Shown: in pieces, positions 9,367-19,033 of the stretch
Position numbering within the stretch: position 1 is the stretch's first letter
Layout of the letters: the number at the start of each line of letters is the position of its first letter
From: an uncultured Clostridia bacterium
Lineage (GTDB): Bacteria; Bacillota; Clostridia; Christensenellales; CAG-138
Direction: 5' to 3'
NCBI GenBank assembly: GCA_946614035.1
Contig: CAMOGJ010000007.1
Location: 1,866-65,865 of the forward strand
DNA: 64,000 nt
Translations under genes and position numbers: made by a program
The notes under the pieces: generated by a model
Database searches by the model: none
What the model saw: only the letters and a program-made list of their open reading frames with translations
Told to the model about the DNA's origin: nothing

Positions 9367-10404
9367 ATGAACATTGTGGTATTGGCAGGCGGGCTTTCGC
9401 CCGAACGTGAAGTATCGCTTTCAAGCGGTACGATGGCTTGCAACGCGCTGCTGTCGCTGGGACACAGAGCGATTCTCGTCGATTTGTTCTTCGGTTTGCC
9501 CGATTGGGACGGCAAGACCGATTTGTTTGCGAGTGCAAAACCGCTCGCGCCATATCGCGTGGGCGAACGCGAACCCGACCTCGATGCGCTGCGGCGTTCA
9601 CGCACGGTCGGCTTTAACGAGTATATCGGCATCAACGTGCCGGAGCTTTGCGCGCAGGCGGACATCGTCTACATGGGTCTACACGGCGACTGCGGTGAAA
9701 ACGGCAAGCTGCAGGCATTCTTCGACGAGCACGGCATTCGCTACACCGGTTCCGGTCCGAAGGCGTGTGAAGCGGCGATGGACAAATGGATCAGCAAACA
9801 GTTGTTTATCAAGCACGGTGTGCTGACGCCCGACGGCGTATGTCTGCGTGCAGATGAGCCGTTTGACGTCGAACGCCTTTCGATCCCCTGCGTCGTCAAG
9901 CCCTGCAACGGCGGTTCGTCGATCGGCGTTTCCGTTGTAACCGACCGCAGCGAGCTGGACGCGGCGCTGAAGCTTGCGTTCTCGAAGGAACCGACCATCC
10001 TCGTCGAGGAATACATCAAGGGTCGCGAGCTGTCCTGCGGCATTCTGGGCGATCGTGCGCTGCCGCCGATCGAGATCATTCCGCTGCAGGGATTCTACGA
10101 TTACAAGAACAAGTATCAGGCGGGCGCTGCCGAAGAAGTCACCCCGGCGAAGATTTCCGAGCAGGCGACAAAAAGCATTCAGAGCATCGCCGAGAAGGTG
10201 TTTTCGATCCTCGGGCTTTCGGTATACGGGCGCGTCGATTTTCTGCTGACCGAACGCGGCGAAGCATACTGTCTCGAAGCGAACACCCTGCCTGGCATGA
10301 CGCCGACTTCCCTGCTCCCGCAGGAAGCTGCCGTCGTCGGCTATTCCTATGAACAGCTTTGCGACGCGATCATTCATATGTCGATGGAGAAAACGAATGG
10401 CTGA
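9367..10404 (+). CDS. ddl: D-alanine--D-alanine ligase
   Basis: GGLSPEREVS, LHGDCGENG, GGSSIG, FYDYKNKY, LEANTLPGMT. Confidence 0.95.
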   Translation: MNIVVLAGGLSPEREVSLSSGTMACNALLSLGHRAILVDLFFGLPDWDGKTDLFASAKPLAPYRVGEREPDLDALRRSRTVGFNEYIGINVPELCAQADIVYMGLHGDCGENGKLQAFFDEHGIRYTGSGPKACEAAMDKWISKQLFIKHGVLTPDGVCLRADEPFDVERLSIPCVVKPCNGGSSIGVSVVTDRSELDAALKLAFSKEPTILVEEYIKGRELSCGILGDRALPPIEIIPLQGFYDYKNKYQAGAAEEVTPAKISEQATKSIQSIAEKVFSILGLSVYGRVDFLLTERGEAYCLEANTLPGMTPTSLLPQEAAVVGYSYEQLCDAIIHMSMEKTNG

Positions 10405-11719
10405 CTTTACGATTCGTGAGATTCTGGATGCGACCGGCGGTACGCTCGTTGCACCGCCCGATTTCGGCGATCCCGTCGTGCACGGCTTTACGATCGACAC
10501 GCGCACGCTCGTTCCCGGCATGGGATATGTTGCGATCCGCGGCGAGACCTTCGACGGGCATCGGTTCATTCCGGACGCAATGGAAAAAGGCGCGATCCTG
10601 TCGATCTCCGATACCGACGTTCCGACCGCGCATGTGCGCGTAGCAGACACGGTGCTTGCGTACCAGAACATTGCGAAGCTGCACCGTGAACGGTTCGATC
10701 TGCCGGTTGTTTGCATCACCGGAAGCGTCGGAAAAACGACGACCAAGGAAATGGTCAAGGCGGTACTGGAAACGGCATTGCGCACGCATGCGACCGTCAG
10801 CAATCTCAACAACCAGACCGGCGTTCCTACGACCGTACTGCAGTTGACGGAGGACGACGAGGTTTCCGTCATGGAGCTCGGCACGAACCACTTCGGCGAG
10901 ATCGCGGCGATCGCGCGCGTCACGCAGCCGACGATCTGCCTCTTTACGAATATCGGCGAAGCGCATATCGAGTTTTTCGGCTCGCGCGAGGGCATCTTCA
11001 AGGGAAAGACCGAGATGCTTTCCTGCATGCGTCCGAACGGCACGGTGATTGCAAACGGCGACGACGACCTGTTGCGCACGATTCCGAACGCGATTACCTA
11101 CGGGTTCTCCGAGGGCGTCGCCGTACGCGCCGTCGACCTGAAGGAAGACGGGATTTCGGGTGTTCATTTCACCGCAGAGCTGTTCGGAAAGCGGCTTCCC
11201 GTCACGCTCCATGTCGCCGGTAAGCATATGGTTTTGAATGCGCTTGCCGCGCTCACCGTAGCGCATCTTCTGCACGTGCCAGACGAGAAAGCGCTCGACG
11301 CGCTTGCGGCGTTTCAGCCCGGCGCAGGACGGTCCGTGATCGTGAAAACCGGTCGGTTTACGGTCATCGACGGCGCATACAACTGCAATCCGACTTCGAT
11401 GGAAGCGGCGCTCGACGTACTGAAAAACGCCGACGGACGGCGTGTGTGCATCTTCGGCGATATGCTGGAGCTCGGCGAGAACGCGCCGTCATACCATGCG
11501 CGCATCGGCGCGTACGCAAGAAACTGCGGCGTCGATCTGATGCTGACCGCGGGACAGCTTGCCAAGAATGCGGCGTTCGACCAGTCGCTTGCGTTCGATA
11601 CCGTCGATGCGCTCATCACCGCGCTCCCCTCCCTGCTGCACGACGGCGATACGATTCTGGTCAAAGCATCGTTCGGTATGCGATTGAAGCGCGTGGTGGA
11701 AGCGATTGTGGCAATGTAA
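10397..11719 (+). CDS. murF: UDP-MurNAc-tripeptide--D-Ala-D-Ala ligase
   Basis: ITGSVGKTTTKE, MELGTNHFGEI, AYNCNP, GDMLELG, LVKAS. Confidence 0.95.
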   Translation: MADFTIREILDATGGTLVAPPDFGDPVVHGFTIDTRTLVPGMGYVAIRGETFDGHRFIPDAMEKGAILSISDTDVPTAHVRVADTVLAYQNIAKLHRERFDLPVVCITGSVGKTTTKEMVKAVLETALRTHATVSNLNNQTGVPTTVLQLTEDDEVSVMELGTNHFGEIAAIARVTQPTICLFTNIGEAHIEFFGSREGIFKGKTEMLSCMRPNGTVIANGDDDLLRTIPNAITYGFSEGVAVRAVDLKEDGISGVHFTAELFGKRLPVTLHVAGKHMVLNALAALTVAHLLHVPDEKALDALAAFQPGAGRSVIVKTGRFTVIDGAYNCNPTSMEAALDVLKNADGRRVCIFGDMLELGENAPSYHARIGAYARNCGVDLMLTAGQLAKNAAFDQSLAFDTVDALITALPSLLHDGDTILVKASFGMRLKRVVEAIVAM

Positions 11720-11732
11720 ATAAACGATGCAA

Positions 11733-11765
11733 AAATGCCCTCCGACATTGGATCGGAGGGCATTT
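11733..11765. terminator. Bidirectional terminator (murF/metK)
   Basis: 13-bp perfect inverted repeat AAATGCCCTCCGA/TCGGAGGGCATTT. Confidence 0.8.
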
Positions 11766-11767
11766 GT

Positions 11768-12958
11768 TTATGCGTTTTTGAGTGTTTCGACGGCGCTCTT
11801 TAACGCGTCGACGCGATCGGTCTTTTCCCACGGGAAGTCGGGGTTGCCGAAGTGTCCGTTCTTTGCGGTCTGCTCATAGATCGGACGGCGAAGATCGAGC
11901 GTTTCAATGATCGCTTTCGGGCGCAGATCGAAGACCTTCTGCACCGCTTTTTCCAGAAGCTCGTCCGAAACGACGCCGGTTCCGAACGTGTCTACGCGCA
12001 CGGAAACGGGTCTTGCGACGCCGATCGCATACGCGACCTGCAGTTCACAGCGCTTCGCGAGCTTTGCCGCAACGATGTTCTTTGCAACGTATCTGGCCAT
12101 GTAGGACGCGCTGCGGTCAACCTTCGTCGGGTCCTTGCCGGAGAATGCGCCGCCGCCGTGACGCGCATAGCCGCCGTAGGTATCCACGATGATCTTTCGT
12201 CCCGTGAGACCCGAATCGCCCTGCGGACCGCCGATCACGAACCGGCCGGTCGGATTGACGAGGATGCGGGTGTTTTCATCGAACAGCTCCGCGGGCAGCG
12301 CCGGACGGATGACGTGCTCGATCATGTCCGCTTCCAGCTGTTCGTGCGTCACATGCTCGTCGTGCTGGGTCGAAACGACGACGGTATCGATGTGCACCGG
12401 CTTGTCGTCAGCGTATTCGACGGTGACCTGCGCCTTGCCGTCGGGACGCAGATAATTCAGCGTGCCGTTCTGACGGACCTTGGTGAGCTTTCTGGTCAGC
12501 GCATGCGCAAGATCGATCGGCAGCGGCATCAGGATCGGCGTTTCATCGCATGCGTAACCGAACATCATGCCCTGATCTCCCGCGCCGGTGTCGAGCGGAT
12601 CGGCATCGATCCCCTGCTTGCTTTCGAGCGAACGGTCGACGCCGAGCGCGATATCGTCCGACTGTGCGTCGAGCGCAACGATAACGCCGCAGGTGCTGCC
12701 GTCAAAGCCGAACTTTGCGCGGTTGTAGCCGATGTCGCAGACGGTCTTTCGAACGATGCTTTGAATGTCCACGTAGCATTCCGTGGTGATCTCGCCCATG
12801 ACGAGTACGAGTCCGGTCGTGCAGGCGGTTTCGCATGCCACACGTGCGTTCGGATCTTCCTTTAAGATCGCGTCGAGCACCGCGTCGCTGATCTGGTCAC
12901 AGATTTTGTCGGGATGCCCGATCGTGACCGATTCACTGGTAAAATACGATTTTCTCAT
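11768..12958 (-). CDS. metK: S-adenosylmethionine synthetase
   Basis: [34 protein letters not shown]. Confidence 0.98.
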   Translation of the reverse strand: MRKSYFTSESVTIGHPDKICDQISDAVLDAILKEDPNARVACETACTTGLVLVMGEITTECYVDIQSIVRKTVCDIGYNRAKFGFDGSTCGVIVALDAQSDDIALGVDRSLESKQGIDADPLDTGAGDQGMMFGYACDETPILMPLPIDLAHALTRKLTKVRQNGTLNYLRPDGKAQVTVEYADDKPVHIDTVVVSTQHDEHVTHEQLEADMIEHVIRPALPAELFDENTRILVNPTGRFVIGGPQGDSGLTGRKIIVDTYGGYARHGGGAFSGKDPTKVDRSASYMARYVAKNIVAAKLAKRCELQVAYAIGVARPVSVRVDTFGTGVVSDELLEKAVQKVFDLRPKAIIETLDLRRPIYEQTAKNGHFGNPDFPWEKTDRVDALKSAVETLKNA

Positions 12959-12987
12959 GTCTCCTTCTTTCCGCCTTACCGACAAAC

Positions 12988-13012
12988 AAAAAAGCTCATG
13001 GCGATGAGCTTT
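12988..13012 (-). terminator. Riboswitch expression-platform terminator
   Basis: AAAGCTCAT-CGCC-ATGAGCTTTTTT between the aptamer and metK. Confidence 0.8.
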
Positions 13013-13019
13013 CGTGTAT

Positions 13020-13111
13020 CTCATCTTTCAGCTTGCGCTGCGGGAATTGGCACCTTGCATTTGTAGGTTGCCGGACTTCACAGGGCCCGTCCCTCCGTCA
13101 CTCTTGATAAG
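13020..13111 (-). ncRNA. SAM-I (S-box) riboswitch
   Basis: Minus strand reads CTTATCAAGAG..GGAGGGACGGGCCC.GTGAAG.CCGGCAACC...AAGGTGCCAATTCC.GCAG...CTGAAAGATGAG, upstream of metK. Confidence 0.95.
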
Positions 13112-13134
13112 GCAATATTGAATTTTCGACGTGT

Positions 13135-13163
13135 ATTGTATCATCCCTTCTTGCAAAATGCAA
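13135..13163 (-). promoter_or_regulatory. Sigma-A promoter of the riboswitch-metK unit
   Basis: TTGCAT-N17-TACAAT. Confidence 0.6.
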
Positions 13164-13179
13164 GTGTTTTCTTTATAAT
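13151..13179 (+). promoter_or_regulatory. Sigma-A promoter of the tct-aro operon
   Basis: TTGCAA-N17-TATAAT. Confidence 0.65.
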
Positions 13180-13207
13180 TGTATCATATTCTTTTCAGAG
13201 GTGTTTT

Positions 13208-14137
13208 ATGAAGCGTTTGCTTGCTGTGTTTCTTGCTGCAATGCTCCTTTTGGGGTGCACGGCATCACAGATCAACGGCATCATTCAATGGGGCGAAGGC
13301 GGCGGCACCGATATGCTGATGCGTCCGCTTTGCACGCTCGCGGAAAAGAAGCTCGGCCGCACCGTTCTGCCGCGCAACATGTCCGGCGGAACCGGAACGC
13401 TTGCCACGCAGTACGTGTACGACAAGCCCGCCGACGGCACGACGCTGCTGCTCGGCGCGGAAAACCCCGCCATGTACGATGCGCTCGGACTATCCGATCT
13501 AACCTATCGCGATTTCGACTGCGTTCTGCTGGTCGGCTACGAGACGGTCGGCGTGACGGTCGCCGCAAATGCGCCGTATGCGGACTTTGCTTCGCTGATC
13601 GATGCTGCAAAGGCGAACCCCGGCACGATCCGTCTTGCCACCACCTCGAAGGGCGGTCTTCCGTGGACCGTCGCACGTTTCATTTATGCCGTGACCGGCG
13701 CGACATTTGCCGAGATCCCGTACGACAGCGACGCGACCGCCCGCACCGCCGTTCTGAACGGCGAATGCGACGTGACGGTATCGAAGCTGCAGTCCGGCGT
13801 CGAGGCGTGCCGCGAAGGCAAGATGCGCTACCTCTGCATGCTGACCGATGCGCCGGTCGACGCGCTGCCCGATGTACCGCCGATCACCGAGTATGATCCG
13901 GCATTTTCCGAATACCTGCCGTGGGGACCGTTCTACGGCGTATTCGTCAAGAAGGGGACCGATAAAAGCACGATCGATACGTTGAGCACGGCATTCGGGG
14001 AGGCGTACACGGATGCATCGTACCAAAAGGTCCTCACCAATCTGTATGTGGAGCCGCTCGGTCTTTGCGGACAGGAAGCGAACGAATACATCGAAGCATG
14101 GCGCGCCGCAAGTCTCAAGGCGCTGAACATCGAATGA
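13208..14137 (+). CDS. tctC: Tripartite tricarboxylate transporter substrate-binding lipoprotein (TctC/Bug family)
   Basis: Lipobox LLGC; WGEGGGTD..R, N..GG.G, KPADGTTLL, LIDAAKANPG, LPDVP, GVFVKKGT. Confidence 0.85.
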   Translation: MKRLLAVFLAAMLLLGCTASQINGIIQWGEGGGTDMLMRPLCTLAEKKLGRTVLPRNMSGGTGTLATQYVYDKPADGTTLLLGAENPAMYDALGLSDLTYRDFDCVLLVGYETVGVTVAANAPYADFASLIDAAKANPGTIRLATTSKGGLPWTVARFIYAVTGATFAEIPYDSDATARTAVLNGECDVTVSKLQSGVEACREGKMRYLCMLTDAPVDALPDVPPITEYDPAFSEYLPWGPFYGVFVKKGTDKSTIDTLSTAFGEAYTDASYQKVLTNLYVEPLGLCGQEANEYIEAWRAASLKALNIE

Positions 14138-14571
14138 GTGCAAAGACGGACAATCGCACAGCGGAACGCATCTTTGCGATCCTTTTGTGCGCGGCGGGCG
14201 CTGCAGCCCTCGCCGCGTCCGTTTTGCTGCAGCTATCATCCGATGGCGTGAACGGCGGCACCTTTCCGTTGCTCGTCTCGGCGGCGTTTTTGCTGTTTGC
14301 CGTTTTGAATCTCATCTTTGTCTGCCGATGTGCGGCAACCGCGCCGCGCGGTTCGCTGTCGACGGTTCTCTGGATGATGCTGCTGCTTGCGGGCGTATGT
14401 GCTGCGCTACTCCTGCATGTCCCGTTTTGGATCGTCTCCCCCGCGTTTTTGTTCATCGCATGCTTCGCGGTCCTGCATCAGCATTGGCTCAAATCGCTGA
14501 TCGCCGCTGCGGCGACGACCGGTCTTGTGTATCTCGTGTTCGCGGTGCTGTTCCGCGTGCCGCTTCCGTGA
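14134..14571 (+). CDS. tctB: TTT small membrane subunit (TctB)
   Basis: 4-5 TM helices; TFP motif; C-terminal YLVFAVLFRVPLP; lies between tctC and tctA. Confidence 0.8.
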   Translation: MSAKTDNRTAERIFAILLCAAGAAALAASVLLQLSSDGVNGGTFPLLVSAAFLLFAVLNLIFVCRCAATAPRGSLSTVLWMMLLLAGVCAALLLHVPFWIVSPAFLFIACFAVLHQHWLKSLIAAAATTGLVYLVFAVLFRVPLP

Positions 14572-14578
14572 GGTGCTT

Positions 14579-16039
14579 ATGCAGGATTTCGTATCCGTAC
14601 TGCATCTGTTGATCCGCCCCGAGGTGCTGTTTCCGGCAGCGTTCGGGACGTTTTTGGGCGTGTACATCGGTGCGATTCCCGGACTGTCCGGAACGATGGC
14701 GGTTTCCCTGCTTGTTTCGCTGACCTATACATGGTCGCAAACGCCCGCGATCGCGCTGATCATGGGTGTTTTCGTCGGCGTCGTATACGGCGGATCCCGT
14801 TCCGCGATTCTTCTGAATATCCCCGGCGCTCCTGCGGCGGTTGCAACCGGCTTTGACGGCTATCCGCTTGCGCAGCGCGGCAAGGCGGCGGAAGCGATGG
14901 GACTTGCCTGCGTGCAGTCGTTCATCGGCACGCTGCTCGGCATTGCCGCGCTCGCTTTTCTGACGCCGCAGATCGCAAAGATTTCATCCCTGTTCCGCTC
15001 GGTCGATTATCTGCTTCTCGGTCTGCTTGCCCTGCTGCTGGTCGGCAGCGTTTCCAAGGGGCGCATAACGAAGGGACTGCTCGGCGCGGCGCTCGGACTG
15101 TTTCTCGGCTGCGTCGGCAATACCTCGCAGTTTTCGGTCAATCGGTTTACGTTCGGCATCCGATATCTTGACGGCGGAATCGGGTTTATCGTCGCGATGA
15201 TCGGTCTGTTCGGCGCGGGCGAAGCGCTGTATCAGCTTTCGATCGACGCGCCGACGGTCCGGCAGGATGTGCCGAAGCGCATCGTTCCGCCGTTTCACAC
15301 GATCGTAAAGCACCTGCCGCTGACGCTGTTTTCCTCGCTGATCGGGATTCTGGTCGGCGCGCTGCCCGGTGCGGGCGGCGATATGGCGGCGCTGCTCGGC
15401 TACGACGCCGCAAAGCGCACCGTGCGCAGAAACGAAATACCGTTCGGCGAAGGCGCGGTCGAAGGGCTGATTGCGCCGGAAACCGCAAACAACGCGGCGA
15501 TCGGCGGCGCGCTGATCCCGATGCTGACGCTCGGCGTACCGGGCGACGCGATCACGGCGGTGCTGCTCGGCGCGCTCTCGATGCGCGGCGTCAGCCATCT
15601 TTCGCTGCAAACCGCGCGGCCCGATCTCTACCTGCTAATCCTCGCCGCGCTCATTCTGTCCGCGCTGTTTTTGCTTCTGTTCGGTCTGACCGGCATTCGC
15701 CTGTTCGTACGCATGCTGCGCATACCGAAGGGCATTCTGATGCCGATTATTCTTGTGCTTTGCATGGTCGGCGCTTACGCGATCAATGCGAACATCTACG
15801 ACGTGCTGCTGATGGTCGGTTTCGGTATACTGGGCTTCTTCCTGAAGCGCTACGACTACCCCGTCGCGCCGATCGTACTCGGGTTGATCCTGCGAAACCT
15901 CTTGGAAACGAACGCAATCCGCGTCGCGCTGCTCTCGTCAAGCGGCGGCGTGTTCGGCGCGCTGACGCCGTTTCTTGCCGTTCTGCTCGTCGCGGTGGTG
16001 GTGCTCGGTCGGCTGCGGTTCGGAAAGGAGCGCTTATGA
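14579..16039 (+). CDS. tctA: TTT large permease (TctA)
   Basis: IGAIPGLS, YGGSRSAILLNIPGAP, FDGYPLA, APETANNA, IPMLTLGVPG. Confidence 0.92.
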   Translation: MQDFVSVLHLLIRPEVLFPAAFGTFLGVYIGAIPGLSGTMAVSLLVSLTYTWSQTPAIALIMGVFVGVVYGGSRSAILLNIPGAPAAVATGFDGYPLAQRGKAAEAMGLACVQSFIGTLLGIAALAFLTPQIAKISSLFRSVDYLLLGLLALLLVGSVSKGRITKGLLGAALGLFLGCVGNTSQFSVNRFTFGIRYLDGGIGFIVAMIGLFGAGEALYQLSIDAPTVRQDVPKRIVPPFHTIVKHLPLTLFSSLIGILVGALPGAGGDMAALLGYDAAKRTVRRNEIPFGEGAVEGLIAPETANNAAIGGALIPMLTLGVPGDAITAVLLGALSMRGVSHLSLQTARPDLYLLILAALILSALFLLLFGLTGIRLFVRMLRIPKGILMPIILVLCMVGAYAINANIYDVLLMVGFGILGFFLKRYDYPVAPIVLGLILRNLLETNAIRVALLSSSGGVFGALTPFLAVLLVAVVVLGRLRFGKERL

Positions 16040-17220
16040 ACATCTTTGCAGAACGCATCCGCGGCACGGTCGCTGCGCCACCCTCCAAATCCGCCCTGCA
16101 CCGAAGGTTGATTCTGAACCGGATCGCTGGACGGTGCGACATGCCAGAAAACGCATGCGACGACATTCTTGCAACGGCGACCTGCCTTTCCCGGCTCGGT
16201 ACCGGTCTGCCGCTGGACTGCGGCGACTGCGGTGCAACGCTGCGCTTTCTGCTTCCCGTATCCCTGCTGTACGGCGGCGCCGTTCTGACCGGAAGCGACG
16301 CGCTTGCCGCCCGCCCGATCGCGCCGCTGCTTGAAGTGCTTTGCGAACACGGCGCACTTGTCGATCGCGACCGGCTGCCGATTCGCGTCGGCGGCACGCT
16401 CAGAAGCGGCACATACGCGCTGGACGGCAATATCAGCTCGCAGTTTTTCAGCGCGCTGCTGTTGACACTGCCGTTTCTGGACGGCGACAGCACCCTATAT
16501 TGGACGACTCCGCTCGAATCGGAGGGCTATGTGCGCTTGACCGAGCACATGCTGTTTGAACATGACGTTCGGGTCACGCGCATCGAGAACGGATATCAGA
16601 TCCCCGGCGGGCAGCACGCACGCATCGTCGACGCGCCGGTCGAAGGCGACTGGTCCTCCTCCGCCGCCATGCTGACGCTCGGCGCGATCGCAGGTTCGGT
16701 CACCGTGACCGGATTAAGGCAAGACAGCCGCCAGCCGGATCGGCATATTTTGGAAATACTGGAGCAGTGCGGCGCACAGGTCGACGCGACCGACACGGCC
16801 GTCACGGTACGGCGCAGCATGCTTCGCGGGTTTAAGTGCAACGGCAGCATTGCGCCGGACCTGGTGCCGGTTCTTGCTGCGCTCGGCTGCGCATCCGAAG
16901 GCGAGTCGGTTCTGTACCGGCTCGAACGCCTGCGGTATAAGGAAAGCAACCGCTTCGAAGCGATTTGTTCGCTTCTCGACGCGGTCGACGCGGATTATGA
17001 AACGGAACGCAGCGATACGATCGTCATTCACGGATGCGGCTGTGTTCGCGGCGGCAGGGTCGATGTGCCGAACGATCACCGCATGGCGATGGCGGCGGCT
17101 TTGCTCGGTGCATGCGCCGCAACGCCGATTCAACTGACGCAGACCGATAGTGTGCGCAAATCGTACCCGACGTTCTGGCGGGATTTTATCGCTTTGGGAG
17201 GAACAGTCGATGCAATCTGA
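16036..17220 (+). CDS. aroA: EPSP synthase (3-phosphoshikimate 1-carboxyvinyltransferase)
   Basis: PPSKS, TLRF, SSQFFSALL, EGDWS, PDLVP, RYKESNR, DHRMAM, KSYPTFW. Confidence 0.9.
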   Translation: MNIFAERIRGTVAAPPSKSALHRRLILNRIAGRCDMPENACDDILATATCLSRLGTGLPLDCGDCGATLRFLLPVSLLYGGAVLTGSDALAARPIAPLLEVLCEHGALVDRDRLPIRVGGTLRSGTYALDGNISSQFFSALLLTLPFLDGDSTLYWTTPLESEGYVRLTEHMLFEHDVRVTRIENGYQIPGGQHARIVDAPVEGDWSSSAAMLTLGAIAGSVTVTGLRQDSRQPDRHILEILEQCGAQVDATDTAVTVRRSMLRGFKCNGSIAPDLVPVLAALGCASEGESVLYRLERLRYKESNRFEAICSLLDAVDADYETERSDTIVIHGCGCVRGGRVDVPNDHRMAMAAALLGACAATPIQLTQTDSVRKSYPTFWRDFIALGGTVDAI

Positions 17221-18298
17221 ATGGGGACACGCCCTCAAGATTTCCGTATACGGCGGCTCGCACGAGCCGTTGCTCGGCGTATGCGTTTGCGGACTGCCGA
17301 AAGGCATCGCGATCGATACGGACGCGCTGCAGGCCTTCGTTTCGCGGCGCGCGCCGAACGGTGCTGTCGGCACAACGCCGCGTACGGAAGCGGATTTTGT
17401 TCGAATCAAAAGCGGCCTCGTAAACGGACAGACCGACGGCGGCGCGTTCATCGCTGAGATCGAGAACAGGAATGCGCAGTCGAAGCCGTACAATACCTAT
17501 CGCGACATCCCCCGCCCTTCGCAGATCGATCTACCCGCGCGGTGGCGGTTCGGCGACGATACCGATTTGCGCGGCGGCGGACACTTTTCCGGGCGCATGA
17601 CGGCCGCGTACTGCATCGCAGGCGGGATCGCCATGCAAGCGCTCAACGCGCAGGGTGTGCGCATCGGTGCGCATCTTTGCACGGTCGGTGCGCTCCGGGA
17701 TCGCGTATTTGATCCCGTCGATCCGCGCGCGGATCTCGAGACGTTGACGGGCAAGCCGTTTCCCGTGCTCGACGACGCGCAGGGCAAAGCGATGCAGCAG
17801 CTGATCGCGGCGATTCAGTCGGATGGAGATTCGATCGGCGGAACAGTTGAATGCGCCGTTACCGGCTTTGCGCGCGGCTGCGGTACACCGCTGTTTGACG
17901 GCATCGACAGCCGCCTTGCTTCCCTGCTGTTTGCGGTCCCCGCGGTGCGCGGCGTCGCGTTCGGCAGCGGGTTTGAAGCCGCCGCGATGAAAGGATCCGA
18001 ACACAACGACCCGTATGTCCTTCGTGACGGAACCGTCCAAACCGAAACGAACCGGCACGGCGGCGTCATCGGCGGCATCTCGACCGGCATGCCGATCCTG
18101 TTTACCGTTGCGATCAAGCCCGCGGCAAGCATTCGTCTGCCGCAAACGACGCTGCAGCTGTCGACGGGAAAACAGACGGAACTGCGAATCGAGGGGCGGC
18201 ATGACGCCTGTATCGCGGTGCGCGCCGTTCCGGTCATCGAAGCGGTCGCAGCGCTCGCGCTGTACGACCTATATTTGGAGGAAACCTATGCTGAATGA
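17210..18298 (+). CDS. aroC: Chorismate synthase (with variant motifs)
   Basis: RGGGHFSGR, GDSIGG, GSEHND, GGISTG, GRHDACI. Confidence 0.9.
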   Translation: MQSEWGHALKISVYGGSHEPLLGVCVCGLPKGIAIDTDALQAFVSRRAPNGAVGTTPRTEADFVRIKSGLVNGQTDGGAFIAEIENRNAQSKPYNTYRDIPRPSQIDLPARWRFGDDTDLRGGGHFSGRMTAAYCIAGGIAMQALNAQGVRIGAHLCTVGALRDRVFDPVDPRADLETLTGKPFPVLDDAQGKAMQQLIAAIQSDGDSIGGTVECAVTGFARGCGTPLFDGIDSRLASLLFAVPAVRGVAFGSGFEAAAMKGSEHNDPYVLRDGTVQTETNRHGGVIGGISTGMPILFTVAIKPAASIRLPQTTLQLSTGKQTELRIEGRHDACIAVRAVPVIEAVAALALYDLYLEETYAE

Positions 18299-19031
18299 AT
18301 ACCGAGCCAAGTTGGACGCAATCGACGATCGGATCGTGCAGGCGTTTTTGGAACGCATGGACACCGTCGACGCAATCGGCGCATACAAGCGGGAGCACCA
18401 CCTGAACGCATTCGATCCGAGCCGCGAACAAGTCATGATGGAACGGCTTCTCTCGAACGTTCCCACCGAACGCGCGGATGCAGTCAAAGCGCTGTATGCC
18501 GCAATCCTGTCGATCAGCAAAGCGCATCAGCGGTTTCTGAATACGAACATCGTGCTGATCGGCATGCCCGGTTCCGGCAAGACGAGCATCGCGCGGCATC
18601 TTTCGGCGCTTCTGAACCGTCCGATCGCCTCGACCGACGAAGAGGCCGAACGGCGCATCGGCGGCACGATCGAATCGCTTTTTGCGCAACGGGGTGAAGC
18701 GGCGTTCCGCACGATCGAAACCGAAGTCGTGCGCGACCTCTCCTCCGTCTGGGGCAGCATCATCGCGACCGGCGGCGGCACCGTCATGTTCGAACAGAAC
18801 CGCGCCGTTCTTCGTCAAAACAGCCGCATTTACTATATCAAGCGCCCGCTCGATGAGCTCGACACCGCCGGGCGTCCGCTTTCGCAGGGAGACGGCGCGC
18901 TCGAACGGCTGTACGAGCAGCGGCACGGCGTGTATGAGTCCTTCAGCGATGCACAGCTCGATGCGGACGCGGACTTCCGGCAAACTGCGCAGCGCATTGC
19001 CGAGGACTTTCGATCGACATTTCATGTATAA
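18288..19031 (+). CDS. aroK: Chorismate mutase (AroQ)::shikimate kinase fusion
   Basis: N-terminal LNEYRAKLDAID..IV....RM......G.YK...DPSRE (CM type II); C-terminal GMPGSGKT, GEAAFR, ATGGG, RPL (AroK). Confidence 0.85.
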   Translation: MLNEYRAKLDAIDDRIVQAFLERMDTVDAIGAYKREHHLNAFDPSREQVMMERLLSNVPTERADAVKALYAAILSISKAHQRFLNTNIVLIGMPGSGKTSIARHLSALLNRPIASTDEEAERRIGGTIESLFAQRGEAAFRTIETEVVRDLSSVWGSIIATGGGTVMFEQNRAVLRQNSRIYYIKRPLDELDTAGRPLSQGDGALERLYEQRHGVYESFSDAQLDADADFRQTAQRIAEDFRSTFHV

Positions 19032-19033
19032 GC

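Noticed and set aside
12959-13024. Longer metK start proposed by the ORF track
   Set aside because: It overlaps the riboswitch terminator; the AAGGAG RBS supports the ATG at 12958.
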